A stretch of 64,000 nt of DNA. Source: an uncultured virus (IMG/VR IMGVR_UViG_3300046663_000194). Taxonomy: Duplodnaviria; Heunggongvirae; Uroviricota; Caudoviricetes. This document shows positions 1 through 8,455 of the stretch, in pieces (position 1 is the stretch's first letter; each line of letters starts with the position of its first letter). Location: the IMG/VR virus record IMGVR_UViG_3300046663_000194; one strand, written 5' to 3'. The translations under genes were made by a program, and so were the position numbers. Under the pieces are notes generated by a model. The model had not been told where the DNA came from. It ran no database searches and worked only from the letters and a program-made list of their open reading frames with translations.

Positions 1-150
1 AGAGCGCCTAAAGGCGGCTGTCCGTGCGGCGTGTTGCGAGGCGTGCGACTGGCCTGACTGCGGCTGTGAGACAACCGCCAATATTGTCCGCAAGGCTATC
101 GTAGCTTGGGACGATTTTGGCACCGATTCATCGGTCATGAAGGATTAACA

Positions 151-309
151 ATGGCGCGATCCAGAAAAGCGATTGAGGCGTGCGCGGCATGGCTCGCCTA
201 TTGCCTCAAGATCGGATGGAAGAAATCAAGTCTAGATGAGTTGGAGACACTTTGGTGGACACACCACGATGACCACGGGAAGCTAATGCAGCTTCCGCGT
301 CGGTCATAG
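151..309 (+). CDS. small hypothetical phage protein
   Basis: ATG at 151 after AAGGA RBS motif; MARSRKAIEACAAWL... Confidence 0.7.
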   Translation: MARSRKAIEACAAWLAYCLKIGWKKSSLDELETLWWTHHDDHGKLMQLPRRS

Positions 310-318
310 AGGATAACG

Positions 319-561
319 ATGACGCACGACTTCGTATTATTGCCGCTTGGCACCTATATGCCGACCAGTTTTTCCTCTGACGCGCTAGACGGCCCCTGCA
401 CGATATGTGGCAAGCCAGCGAGGGAGCATCGTGTCGGCGGTCCCGGCCCTTCATGCCCAACGCAGCGTACGCGATGGGATTTAGCAAAACTCGACTTAGG
501 CCCCGCAATCGTTTTCATCGCGGGCTTTCTGTGCGGTGTGTTTGTTCCGTTCTGGCACTAA
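319..561 (+). CDS. hypothetical protein, CxxC..H motif and C-terminal TM helix
   Basis: RBS GAGG; CTICGKPAREH; hydrophobic C-terminus. Confidence 0.65.
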   Translation: MTHDFVLLPLGTYMPTSFSSDALDGPCTICGKPAREHRVGGPGPSCPTQRTRWDLAKLDLGPAIVFIAGFLCGVFVPFWH

Positions 562-578
562 TAGGAAATGTGAAAGCA

Positions 579-737
579 ATGGCGAAGAAGCGGGCTCAGA
601 TAATCAAAGTCAAAGACTACGGCGACCATTGGATAAACCGGCTCGCCGTCATTCTAGACACGCTCGCCAAGATGGAGCCGAGGGAACGAGAGGTGTCGCT
701 TGAGTTCATCGTCGCGAAGTACCTCAAGCGTTCATGA
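579..737 (+). CDS. small hypothetical protein
   Basis: Internal ATG of ORF 405-737 (MAKKRAQ...), tight packing. Confidence 0.6.
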   Translation: MAKKRAQIIKVKDYGDHWINRLAVILDTLAKMEPREREVSLEFIVAKYLKRS

Positions 738-748
738 AGGGATTAACG

Positions 749-952
749 ATGGAGCAGGTCGAGAATTGCAAAGTCGATGATTGCCAAAAGCGCGTATTGC
801 TGGCGCACTTAAAGCAAGCACTTCGGCAATGGCATATGTATGCCGAAATGGTCGAAAACCCCAATGACTGTGATCTGATAACTGAGCAAACGCCAGAAGG
901 CGAAATGTATCGTGAGGCCGTCGCCTTTGTTGCTGCAATGGAAGCACACTAA
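749..952 (+). CDS. small hypothetical protein
   Basis: ATG after junction motif. Confidence 0.65.
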   Translation: MEQVENCKVDDCQKRVLLAHLKQALRQWHMYAEMVENPNDCDLITEQTPEGEMYREAVAFVAAMEAH

Positions 953-967
953 TAGGGAATTAACGAT

Positions 968-1083
968 GGGAGAGCGGCGTGAAGATGCCTGGAGATTTAG
1001 TCAGACACGCAGCGAAGGGACCGTGGGTGTCATCCCTCAGTCAGGACACCTAGAGCGGGCGTGGCGACCCGCCTCTCCCGCCA
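968..1083 (+). ncRNA. tRNA-like structured RNA (non-canonical)
   Basis: GGGAGAG(968-974)/CTCTCCC(1073-1079)+G+CCA; T-arm-like GCGGG/CCCGC; GCGTG/CACGC stem; extra TGGGTGTC/GACACCTA hairpin. Confidence 0.6.
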
Positions 1084-1104
1084 ATCGCTGATGAAGGATT
1101 AACG

Positions 1105-1299
1105 ATGAAGCTGGATTGCAGAGTTACGAAAGTGTCCAACTCGGGGGATACCATAACGATTGGGCTGAGCGGCAAACAACCGCATGATGCTTTCTGGCGG
1201 CCAGATGGCGATCACACAATCGAGGTTGCTTGCACTGACAAAGCGCGCCGCGCCTTTTGGCTTGGTCGTAAGGTAGTTGTTACGATTGAACCCCGTTAA
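1105..1299 (+). CDS. small hypothetical protein
   Basis: ATG after junction motif. Confidence 0.7.
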   Translation: MKLDCRVTKVSNSGDTITIGLSGKQPHDAFWRPDGDHTIEVACTDKARRAFWLGRKVVVTIEPR

Positions 1300-1312
1300 T
1301 GATGAATGAACG

Positions 1313-1540
1313 ATGAGTGCAGAAAATCCAACACTTGAAGATTTTGGCTTCGACTCCACGGCCCTCATGATTGAGGTTCAGCGCGAAACAATGGGTAAGC
1401 TCATAAAGGCGGAAGCCAAGATCGCAAAGCTGCGGGCGGCGCTTAAAAAGGCTGGCGTGATGCTATCGCAGGGCTTCTCTAAAGAAACGGTAGCAGAACA
1501 TATTCAGGCGGCGCTCACTAATGAGCAGGAGGGGGAATGA
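1313..1540 (+). CDS. small coiled-coil hypothetical protein
   Basis: ORF with heptad pattern, ATGA coupling to next gene. Confidence 0.65.
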   Translation: MSAENPTLEDFGFDSTALMIEVQRETMGKLIKAEAKIAKLRAALKKAGVMLSQGFSKETVAEHIQAALTNEQEGE

Positions 1541-1722
1541 GCAGTAGCACGATAACCATGAAACTTGAGAAATTTACCGCATTGAAAGCCGAGAACGAAC
1601 GTCTGCGCGCGGCGCTTAGCCGATACGGATTGCACGAAAAGGGCTGCGGCGCATTTGACCACCATGCTCAGTGCACTTGTGGATTTGATGCCGTGAATGA
1701 TGACAAGCAGGATGGGCTTTAA
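1537..1722 (+). CDS. small hypothetical protein with HxxxC...CTCG motif
   Basis: GGAGG RBS; ENERLRAAL coiled coil; Cys/His motif. Confidence 0.65.
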   Translation: MSSSTITMKLEKFTALKAENERLRAALSRYGLHEKGCGAFDHHAQCTCGFDAVNDDKQDGL

Positions 1723-2642
1723 GCCTTAGTTAAATGAGTGCGATGATGGTGAGCGTAATGCTTCCGATGATGCAAGTGCTCGGCGAGCCGATGGTGATGC
1801 GACTTGCTATAGTGCTCGGCGTATCGTTCTTCGTCGGCTACTCTTTCCGCTAGATAGATAATCGGCGGCAGCGGCGACTCTTTGGTCGCGGTAATCGCTG
1901 CACCTGACGGCCCGACATGGAGGAAGGCATGCTCGAAATTGTTGATGGCCCCTTTGAACTGTTCCCATTTGTCGTGGAGAACAACGACACAGCCCGCGCT
2001 CGCAAGATGGCGGCTGGCATGAATTTCTATACCTTCACGGTCGCGCCCAAGTTGGGGGTCTGGTATAGTATCGCCGTTAAGCCCAATGGCACCGTGGCGT
2101 TTACCCCAATGCCCAACGGAGTCATCTATCGGGTACGTTCCATAAGGAATGCTCCACCCGCTCCCGCCCGACGCAAACGCAAACGCTAGCTCCCCGATCC
2201 GCAACGTTCCGGTCAGATGCCGGGGCCTTCGGGCGACGACAGGCGGTCGAGGCATAGCCATGCCGTCAGCGAAGCCCTCGAAGGACGCCCCGATAGCCCC
2301 CAAAACGGCAGGGATAGGGTCTAGGTGCGGTTTAGGCTCCGGCTGGTGTGGGACAGCGGGCGGCTCTACGGCCTCCCTGTAGGCGGTTCGTCGCCCGTCC
2401 TGGGCGTGTCGGGTATGCCGAGTCCGTCCCTCGGCATGGTGTCGATTGCCATGAACAGGCACGCGATGAGCATGACGAACATGACGAGTCCGATAGCGGC
2501 GAACGGGTTCATTACTAGCCTCCGATTTGTAAGCGACTTGTGCTGCTGGTTCGAAATAGCCGTTACTGGTAGGCGTAGGATGCCTCGCCGCCAGCGCGGG
2601 CGTTGCGATGATGCATAGCGTAACGGTGACGATGTTTCTCAC
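1719..2642 (-). CDS. secreted His-rich protein with L,D-transpeptidase-fold (Tlde1/DUF2778-like) domain
   Basis: GTG at 2642 with GGAGG RBS; signal peptide ending PALA; IPYGTY...REGIEIHASRHLASAGCVVV (H-x6-SxGC) motif; His/Arg-rich flanks. Confidence 0.7.
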   Translation of the reverse strand: MRNIVTVTLCIIATPALAARHPTPTSNGYFEPAAQVAYKSEASNEPVRRYRTRHVRHAHRVPVHGNRHHAEGRTRHTRHAQDGRRTAYREAVEPPAVPHQPEPKPHLDPIPAVLGAIGASFEGFADGMAMPRPPVVARRPRHLTGTLRIGELAFAFASGGSGWSIPYGTYPIDDSVGHWGKRHGAIGLNGDTIPDPQLGRDREGIEIHASRHLASAGCVVVLHDKWEQFKGAINNFEHAFLHVGPSGAAITATKESPLPPIIYLAERVADEERYAEHYSKSHHHRLAEHLHHRKHYAHHHRTHLTKA

Positions 2643-3057
2643 GTCTGCCTCCACTGCGTTGACCGCAGGCGGTACTGCCTCCGGCTTCAAAATGTCCGTA
2701 GTCTGAGGCGCACCAATCGCCTCCGCTGAACAGATTATGTTTGTGAGCTAAATCGCTAACAGCGCGGCGAGCAGGAAGATGGCAACGGCTGTCAACACGC
2801 CCACGCCCCAACTGACAAATATCAAGAGCAAGTCCACACGGATGCTTGGACGACGACCCGCAATGACCGCGCCGGATGCCGCCCATGAACCGTATCTGCG
2901 CACCCCCGGACTCAAGGTCGTTAATGAGCGCTTGGAAGCTCGCAGCATAGCGTGTCCCCACGGTTGCGGTTGCGCCGAATTTTGAATGAAGATTGGATGC
3001 CGAGACTGGCGAGGAAAGGAAACAACAAATCGTCAACGCTGCAATACAGGTTCGCAC
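2563..3057 (-). CDS. secreted M15-family Zn peptidase (peptidoglycan peptidase)
   Basis: Signal peptide; SKHPCGLALD and DYGHFE LAS-type zinc motifs. Confidence 0.8.
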   Translation of the reverse strand: MRTCIAALTICCFLSSPVSASNLHSKFGATATVGTRYAASFQALINDLESGGAQIRFMGGIRRGHCGSSSKHPCGLALDICQLGRGRVDSRCHLPARRAVSDLAHKHNLFSGGDWCASDYGHFEAGGSTACGQRSGGRREKHRHRYAMHHRNARAGGEASYAYQ

Positions 3058-3095
3058 AACAACACCCCCGCCCCGTTGAACTATAAAAATATTAA

Positions 3096-3308
3096 CTATT
3101 TTTCATGAAGTGTAAACCCCTTATTTTGCTGAAGCGATTGTAGGTAGTCAAAATCTAATTGCCAGCGCTGCAGTTCCCTCTCCTGTCGAGCAATGTCGTT
3201 GCGAATGATGCGCATTGAAATAAAGAAAGTCCCGGCTGATACGGAAATCGCAGTCGCTAACGCAATCACGTCCCAGTCGAATGTCGATAGATCGCCGTCG
3301 AAGACCAT
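3096..3308 (-). CDS. small membrane protein
   Basis: One TM helix followed by coiled coil; AT-richer. Confidence 0.5.
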   Translation of the reverse strand: MVFDGDLSTFDWDVIALATAISVSAGTFFISMRIIRNDIARQERELQRWQLDFDYLQSLQQNKGFTLHEK

Positions 3309-3314
3309 GGGGGC

Positions 3315-3728
3315 CTAGTCCCTTAGCGCATATCGCAGCACCGCTATTGTATGACCGATAGACGCCAACACTGCTGGCGCTTGGTCAGAGATGATAAACG
3401 CGCGCGACCGTTCAACGCCATCTGCGAAATGAGCCACTTCCATCGCGTGCGCTGCGCCGACAGCGGATATTACCAGAAGGAATTGCTGCGGCAGCATCAA
3501 CGAAACGCCAACTAATCTGCCGCGACACTTGAAGGCACACAATGCCATGACAGCAGCAACAAAACAAATTGGCGCAGTAAAATTACCAAACGATCGATAC
3601 AACGCGCCGAGTGCCGTACCGCCTGCCGCGCTGGTATCAGCGAGCATACACAATCCCCATGTGATGTGCAGCGCCACCGCGTAGACAATCATAATAGACG
3701 CAGCGTGCGGCAGGATACGGCGCATCAT
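3315..3728 (-). CDS. multi-pass membrane protein (holin/antiholin candidate)
   Basis: ATGA overlap with upstream stop; about 4 hydrophobic segments. Confidence 0.65.
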   Translation of the reverse strand: MMRRILPHAASIMIVYAVALHITWGLCMLADTSAAGGTALGALYRSFGNFTAPICFVAAVMALCAFKCRGRLVGVSLMLPQQFLLVISAVGAAHAMEVAHFADGVERSRAFIISDQAPAVLASIGHTIAVLRYALRD

Positions 3729-4183
3729 CGTCCCTTGCTGTCCTGCGCCACGGTTAGATTCAATTGCAGCGGGTTTTGATTCTTGGCGACGGCGAGCGCC
3801 ATGATAAGGCACGCTCCGTAGGAAACCTTGCAGGGGATGCAAACGATATTAACCAGATCGTCGCCAAATTCCTGTTCAATAACCAGCATCAAAGTCGCAT
3901 CGCTTTGACTATTTTGCTTTGAATACCAAAGCTGAAGCCTCTCCTTAACGCCATCCAAGGCACGTAGCGCATCATCCGGAATTTGTAGCGGGCTGTTTTT
4001 GGTCGCGCCTCCGGTTTGCACAATCTCGGTCATGGCTCTCCTCATCTGAAAGCCCCACATGGTATCGACTTTTAGTTCCAGCGCACCAAAACGCATCGAC
4101 ACCTTGACCACAAAGGCTAAGAAGAAAATCCATGACGTAAGCGACATGCCGATGGAAACCAGCGATGTCGTGTCAATTTGCAT
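3725..4183 (-). CDS. membrane-anchored hypothetical protein
   Basis: N-terminal TM helix. Confidence 0.7.
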   Translation of the reverse strand: MQIDTTSLVSIGMSLTSWIFFLAFVVKVSMRFGALELKVDTMWGFQMRRAMTEIVQTGGATKNSPLQIPDDALRALDGVKERLQLWYSKQNSQSDATLMLVIEQEFGDDLVNIVCIPCKVSYGACLIMALAVAKNQNPLQLNLTVAQDSKGR

Positions 4184-4195
4184 TGCCCGGACCCT

Positions 4196-4456
4196 TTAGT
4201 CCAACTTCCTAAGATGGACGAAATAGTCCCGTCCTCTAACCTGCGTTCCAAGGTATTGCATCGTGCAGGAACAATCCGGAATAACCTTGGTGCCGCCTGG
4301 TGCCATGCCCTCGCGCTGCTCAATCATCTGCACAAAGCTGTCCCGGCTCATCGACCAAGCAATACGCGCCGCCATGACGACAATCACGAACGTTATTAGC
4401 CCAAGCAAAAGATAGGCAATCTCGATAACGCGGGTGATGGAGCAAATGCGCGTCAT
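4196..4456 (-). CDS. small membrane protein
   Basis: N-terminal TM helix; ATGA coupling. Confidence 0.55.
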   Translation of the reverse strand: MTRICSITRVIEIAYLLLGLITFVIVVMAARIAWSMSRDSFVQMIEQREGMAPGGTKVIPDCSCTMQYLGTQVRGRDYFVHLRKLD

Positions 4457-5262
4457 GCGGACCTCAGCGAACCGAGAAATTCCATAAGCTGTTCGTAGTC
4501 AAATCCCTCCGGGGATTTTTGGTTCACTAGGTTTTCTTGCGTGACGTACACGATTGCTTCATCGCAATAGCTCGACCCGATGCCGCCCTTGCCGCGCTTC
4601 ACGCGAATCCGTTTGCCCCAACTGATGACGTAATCCCATTGTTTGCTGTGATGCGTGAACGGCGTGTAATGCCCGGTGCCTGTGTCCTGGCCGGTGAAGT
4701 CCCACGGCTTTCCTTCCGCGAATTGCTCATCGGCAATGCTCGGAAGCCGCCAGCCAATACCGACCGCCATGCCGAGATAGACGGCATAGAACAGATTGGT
4801 CATGTTTCCTGGGTCCAATTCCATGTAAGCGGCGATCTTGTGACGCTTGCCGTAGGCGTCACTCAATCCTGTTTTGCGGCTGTAATCTGCCGCTTCAACA
4901 ACGGTCGTTCCCCTGTCAGTCGCCGGGTGTCCCGGCTTGTAGCCGGTGACGGTGCCGTAATCATCCACGGTCGTCACGGTGCCGAACGGAACGTCGATGC
5001 CGCGCGCCTTATTGAAGATCATTGTTTCGTGCGCGCGGCCAGCGAAGACACAGCATCCACAACCGTGATTATAAGGAGGTCGCACAGTAGGATCGGAACC
5101 GTTTCCGAGCATCCCCCATTTATCATCCTCGATGAAATAATCGTGACCGAACGCCTCCGGCAACGGCGGCAATTCCGTTGGGTTGATAAGGTCGTCGAAT
5201 TTTAGTTCTACCGGGACGGCCGGAAGCTTGCCGCGCTTGAGGTCCGTTATGGCGTCCTCCAT
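4453..5262 (-). CDS. papain-like (C1) cysteine peptidase
   Basis: GN...GCGCCVFAG catalytic Cys region, GTGHYTP His, VISWG motif. Confidence 0.8.
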   Translation of the reverse strand: MEDAITDLKRGKLPAVPVELKFDDLINPTELPPLPEAFGHDYFIEDDKWGMLGNGSDPTVRPPYNHGCGCCVFAGRAHETMIFNKARGIDVPFGTVTTVDDYGTVTGYKPGHPATDRGTTVVEAADYSRKTGLSDAYGKRHKIAAYMELDPGNMTNLFYAVYLGMAVGIGWRLPSIADEQFAEGKPWDFTGQDTGTGHYTPFTHHSKQWDYVISWGKRIRVKRGKGGIGSSYCDEAIVYVTQENLVNQKSPEGFDYEQLMEFLGSLRSA

Positions 5263-5576
5263 CCGTTGATCGGGATGGTGCCAATGTTGCCGGTCGTCAC
5301 TGCGGGGCCAGCGCCGTACCGAGGCAGCGCACTAAACTTCGCTGACGCTGGCGGCGGGACCGATGCACAGATGGCCGTGGCGAGGCCGCCTACCGTTGTC
5401 GCGATACCTGCATTGAAAAGGCTTAGGATCGTGGCGATGGTCGGCACGAACTTGCAAGCCTGCGCCGTGAACGCCTGGACCTCGCCGAGAAAGGTCGAGG
5501 TCGAGTTATTGAGCGTGCTGCAACTCGCCAAGCCAATGCTTAGGGCGGCAACACTGACGAGTAGCATCTTGCGCAT
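5247..5576 (-). CDS. lipoprotein (lysis module)
   Basis: Lipobox GLASC after hydrophobic signal. Confidence 0.75.
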   Translation of the reverse strand: MRKMLLVSVAALSIGLASCSTLNNSTSTFLGEVQAFTAQACKFVPTIATILSLFNAGIATTVGGLATAICASVPPPASAKFSALPRYGAGPAVTTGNIGTIPINGWRTP

Positions 5577-5578
5577 TT

Positions 5579-6097
5579 TCAGAACTCCATGATGTTTTCT
5601 AGGCTTAGAAACGGGTTCAGGTGAATCAGCAGTGTGTTTGGGGATACAGTATCCTTCGGCGTTATCAAAGGATAGGGGAACAATCCAGCCTGCTCGATGG
5701 CCCGCAAGGCGAATTCGCTACAGAACCACTTGTCAGGATCGCGCCACACCCGCCCTATTTTGAGCAGCCCCGCACGGTCGCGCAGGAACGCATAGAGCGC
5801 GGCGTTGTCAAACGGGGCACCGATCTGATGCCTGCCCCAATCCACCGCCTTGTGCGCTACCTCGTCCGGGCAGTGTACCTTGGCTGTCTTAGGGGGGTAC
5901 AGGTACGGCCAGCTATTGAAAGGTCGGATGCGAACGCCGCCGAGGTCGTTGATGCTTTTGTCTACACCGCTGACGCCCAGCAAACCCTCACCGGGCAAGA
6001 TGATGTCAACGTGTGAAAACAAGCTCTGCGTCAAGCGCCGGATGACGGCGCTCGACCAAGCGGTCGAGGTCGAGAACTGGAAACACAGTTCGGCCAT
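5579..6097 (-). CDS. permuted papain-like NlpC/P60 amidase (YaeF/YiiX, C92-like)
   Basis: FSHVDI precedes IGAPFD and WFCSEF (His before Cys), TVSP motif. Confidence 0.85.
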   Translation of the reverse strand: MAELCFQFSTSTAWSSAVIRRLTQSLFSHVDIILPGEGLLGVSGVDKSINDLGGVRIRPFNSWPYLYPPKTAKVHCPDEVAHKAVDWGRHQIGAPFDNAALYAFLRDRAGLLKIGRVWRDPDKWFCSEFALRAIEQAGLFPYPLITPKDTVSPNTLLIHLNPFLSLENIMEF

Positions 6098-6328
6098 TCA
6101 CGATCTAGTTGCCGTGACCTGTTTGGTTGCTCTCACACGGCCGTAGACGACCGTGAGCAGGCCACCGAACGCCAGAACGGAATCCAGCATCTGCTGAAAC
6201 GAACTGAAAAAGTTGTTCAGCGATGACGGGTCAACATGGAAGCCGAAACCCGGCAGGACGATTCCGACAAACGTAGCAACGGCACCCCACAGGGTGACGG
6301 ATGCCCAAAACGGTTTAGTGTCGTTCAT
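6098..6328 (-). CDS. holin-like 2-TM protein
   Basis: KPFWASVTLWG start, two TM helices, YGRVRA tail, lysis context. Confidence 0.7.
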   Translation of the reverse strand: MNDTKPFWASVTLWGAVATFVGIVLPGFGFHVDPSSLNNFFSSFQQMLDSVLAFGGLLTVVYGRVRATKQVTATRS

Positions 6329-6597
6329 TTCCTTCTCCTTCTAAGTCTCGCCGCCGATGGCGGCGGTTGTGCAGCACGATAAGCCTCAACAGCATCAATG
6401 ACAGCCTTAGCTCCCGCACCAGACGCCATCGGTATTTTGTCCATCGGGATAAAACTTCTCTCAAACTGAGGAACTTGACCGATGTACGTGTAAATCAGAT
6501 GCAGCAGAGCATTTGCGCCAGCCGTATAGTCACCTTGGCTTGCCATCACCTGTGCCTCCAACAAGTGTGATCGTAGTTGTGTATGCGCTGGCACCAA
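6325..6597 (-). CDS. hypothetical protein
   Basis: Packed ORF; start uncertain. Confidence 0.55.
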   Translation of the reverse strand: MVPAHTQLRSHLLEAQVMASQGDYTAGANALLHLIYTYIGQVPQFERSFIPMDKIPMASGAGAKAVIDAVEAYRAAQPPPSAARLRRRRK

Positions 6598-6809
6598 TCG
6601 CGGTGCTCATTCTCAATCGTTGCACCGATAATGCCAGCGGCGATCAGCGTACAGCCGGAAAACATTAGCGCCATAAACAGGATCAAAATAGTAATCACGA
6701 CGACTTTCACGAAATCCCTCTCTTGCCTGTTATAAGGTTTCAATGCATCGCGCGGATCATTTGGATTGCCGAGCGGATCAGCGCCAAGCGGCCAAGAGCC
6801 ATTTTTCAT
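6546..6809 (-). CDS. membrane protein / possible lipoprotein
   Basis: TM segment followed by FSGC. Confidence 0.55.
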   Translation of the reverse strand: MKNGSWPLGADPLGNPNDPRDALKPYNRQERDFVKVVVITILILFMALMFSGCTLIAAGIIGATIENEHRDWCQRIHNYDHTCWRHR

Positions 6810-6810
6810 G

Positions 6811-7365
6811 TTATCGTCCTGGGTTCGCGATGATGCGTTTTATTTCCGCGATAAACATATTTTGATCGCCTACGTCATAGTCGCCTGGATGCGGAATATG
6901 GTGCGGCGTCCGGTGATAGCTGGCCGGGTTCATCGTACCGACGCGCCAGAGATACGCGCCGAGTCCTGGGAACGGTATCGGGTTGTATGAAAAAATTAGA
7001 TGGGCAAATCGAACGTTGCTGGTCAGCGACGAGTGAGCGCCGTAAATGCTGGCCTGAAAGCCCAAGGCGCCGTCGATGGCGTGTTTGGTGTAGCCGCAAG
7101 CGATAGGGGTATTATTTGCGCCGAGCGAAACACCCTGAACGAACACTAAATCCATCGCTGGCAATTTATCAATTATCGCCGCAATTTGCCCTGCCTGCTG
7201 ATCCTGATACGGCGAGTCGTGCGCGTTGATGCCGGGAATGGATTGTTTGACGCGAGCGGTAAAATAGTCCTCGCCGGGATCAGTCGTGTGGCCGCCCATA
7301 CCGTACATGCCGAAGAAATGCACCGGCCGTGCGCCAGTCTCTATCTCATATTTCGCTCGACTCAT
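6811..7365 (-). CDS. small alpha/beta-hydrolase-fold protein (cutinase/esterase-like)
   Basis: GVSLG nucleophile elbow; directly downstream of endolysin. Confidence 0.6.
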   Translation of the reverse strand: MSRAKYEIETGARPVHFFGMYGMGGHTTDPGEDYFTARVKQSIPGINAHDSPYQDQQAGQIAAIIDKLPAMDLVFVQGVSLGANNTPIACGYTKHAIDGALGFQASIYGAHSSLTSNVRFAHLIFSYNPIPFPGLGAYLWRVGTMNPASYHRTPHHIPHPGDYDVGDQNMFIAEIKRIIANPGR

Positions 7366-7994
7366 GGCCCCTCACCATACGCCTTAGCGAACGCTCTTGG
7401 TATACGCATAAGTTTCAGGGCAGGACGAAGCTTGCCCTGCAAGCGTTTTGGCTCCCGAAGGGCAATACAATAGGCCATAAGATCGTTGACGCGCGCCTGC
7501 CACCCGCGCCCAAACCTCCGCCATATCGACAAGCCTTTCATGAAATCTAAACGGTCATGACAAAGCCGGTTAATAAAATCGGCGGGAGGATACGCATTTA
7601 TCGCCCGCAAGGTCAGCGGGCCAAGCACGCCATCGACAGCAACCCCGACTATGCGTTGCGCGTATTTGACCGCTCGCGACGGCCCGGAGTTCACGCCGAA
7701 GTCAAACACCACACAATCGCTTCCGACCACCAGATCCTGAAAGCCGCACGCGGTCGCATATTTTTTATCGTAGATTTCGTCAGCTTCGGACAACGGCATC
7801 GCCTGGACGATAGGTGCCCATCGCGCCATAGAGTCCATAACCTCGTGACGATGTTCCGCAAGATCGTAACAGGTGATTCCATATTTGGTCGGCCCGCCAG
7901 GATCGCTCTTGTCCCAACCGTAGCCGCCCTCGTACCGCGAAATCATACGCTCAACGAAAGGCTGGTAGTCGGCGAAAGTCATGCCGTCACCCAA
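7362..7994 (-). CDS. endolysin, glycoside hydrolase family 108 with PG-binding C-terminus
   Basis: EGGY..DPGGPTKYGIT, FDFGVNSGP, DGVLGPLTL, FGRGWQARV. Confidence 0.95.
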   Translation of the reverse strand: MGDGMTFADYQPFVERMISRYEGGYGWDKSDPGGPTKYGITCYDLAEHRHEVMDSMARWAPIVQAMPLSEADEIYDKKYATACGFQDLVVGSDCVVFDFGVNSGPSRAVKYAQRIVGVAVDGVLGPLTLRAINAYPPADFINRLCHDRLDFMKGLSIWRRFGRGWQARVNDLMAYCIALREPKRLQGKLRPALKLMRIPRAFAKAYGEGP

Positions 7995-8446
7995 GACCCT
8001 GTACTCAGATTTGAAAAAAGCAACAAACGACCGTAGGCCGATGCTGTAGAAGTGTTGATTAACACGAAAGTTGAAGTACGAATATTCTCCGTGCTGGTCG
8101 CCGTGTTTACGGTAATATTGAATGTGGTGCTGTTCCCCGCGCCATCGAGAATCAGCAATCTTTGTCCCTGCGGAAAAGACGCCAACGCAGGTAACGTCAC
8201 AGTTCGCGCTGCCGTTTTTGCCGTGTACATCACGATGGTGTCGGTAGGGAGTACCGTATAATTCACGTCATTAACTAGCGTCAGTCCTGCACGCTCCTGC
8301 GGCCAGCCGCCCTCCGTCACACCATCGTGCAACACCGTGCGCATGTAGGACAGATCAACAGCAATTTCACCCGGCGCTCCTACGAACTGAGCCATTATCG
8401 TCGTAGCGCCGCGTCTTACTTGAAGTTGAATAGCGCCTGCGCCCAT
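7979..8446 (-). CDS. tail fibre/adhesin with Mtd-like N-terminal domain (paralog 3)
   Basis: QLQVRRG...GEIAVD...HDGVTEGGWP, then VTLP beta domain. Confidence 0.8.
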   Translation of the reverse strand: MGAGAIQLQVRRGATTIMAQFVGAPGEIAVDLSYMRTVLHDGVTEGGWPQERAGLTLVNDVNYTVLPTDTIVMYTAKTAARTVTLPALASFPQGQRLLILDGAGNSTTFNITVNTATSTENIRTSTFVLINTSTASAYGRLLLFSNLSTGSWVTA

Positions 8447-8455
8447 GCTCTTTCC

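Larger units (their letters stand above)
135..1315 (+). repeat. Recurrent gene-junction/RBS motif, consensus ~(C/G)ATGAAGGATTAACGATG
   Basis: Variants end in the ATGs at 151, 319, 749, 966, 1105 and 1313. Confidence 0.8.

Noticed and set aside
135..1315. CRISPR array or integron attC cassettes
   Set aside because: Repeats are short, degenerate, contain RBS/ATG, are irregularly spaced by ORFs, and lack cas or intI genes
4537..5205. 222-aa plus-strand ORF and many other antisense ORFs in the track
   Set aside because: Shadow frames of motif-bearing genes on the opposite strand, typical of GC-rich DNA
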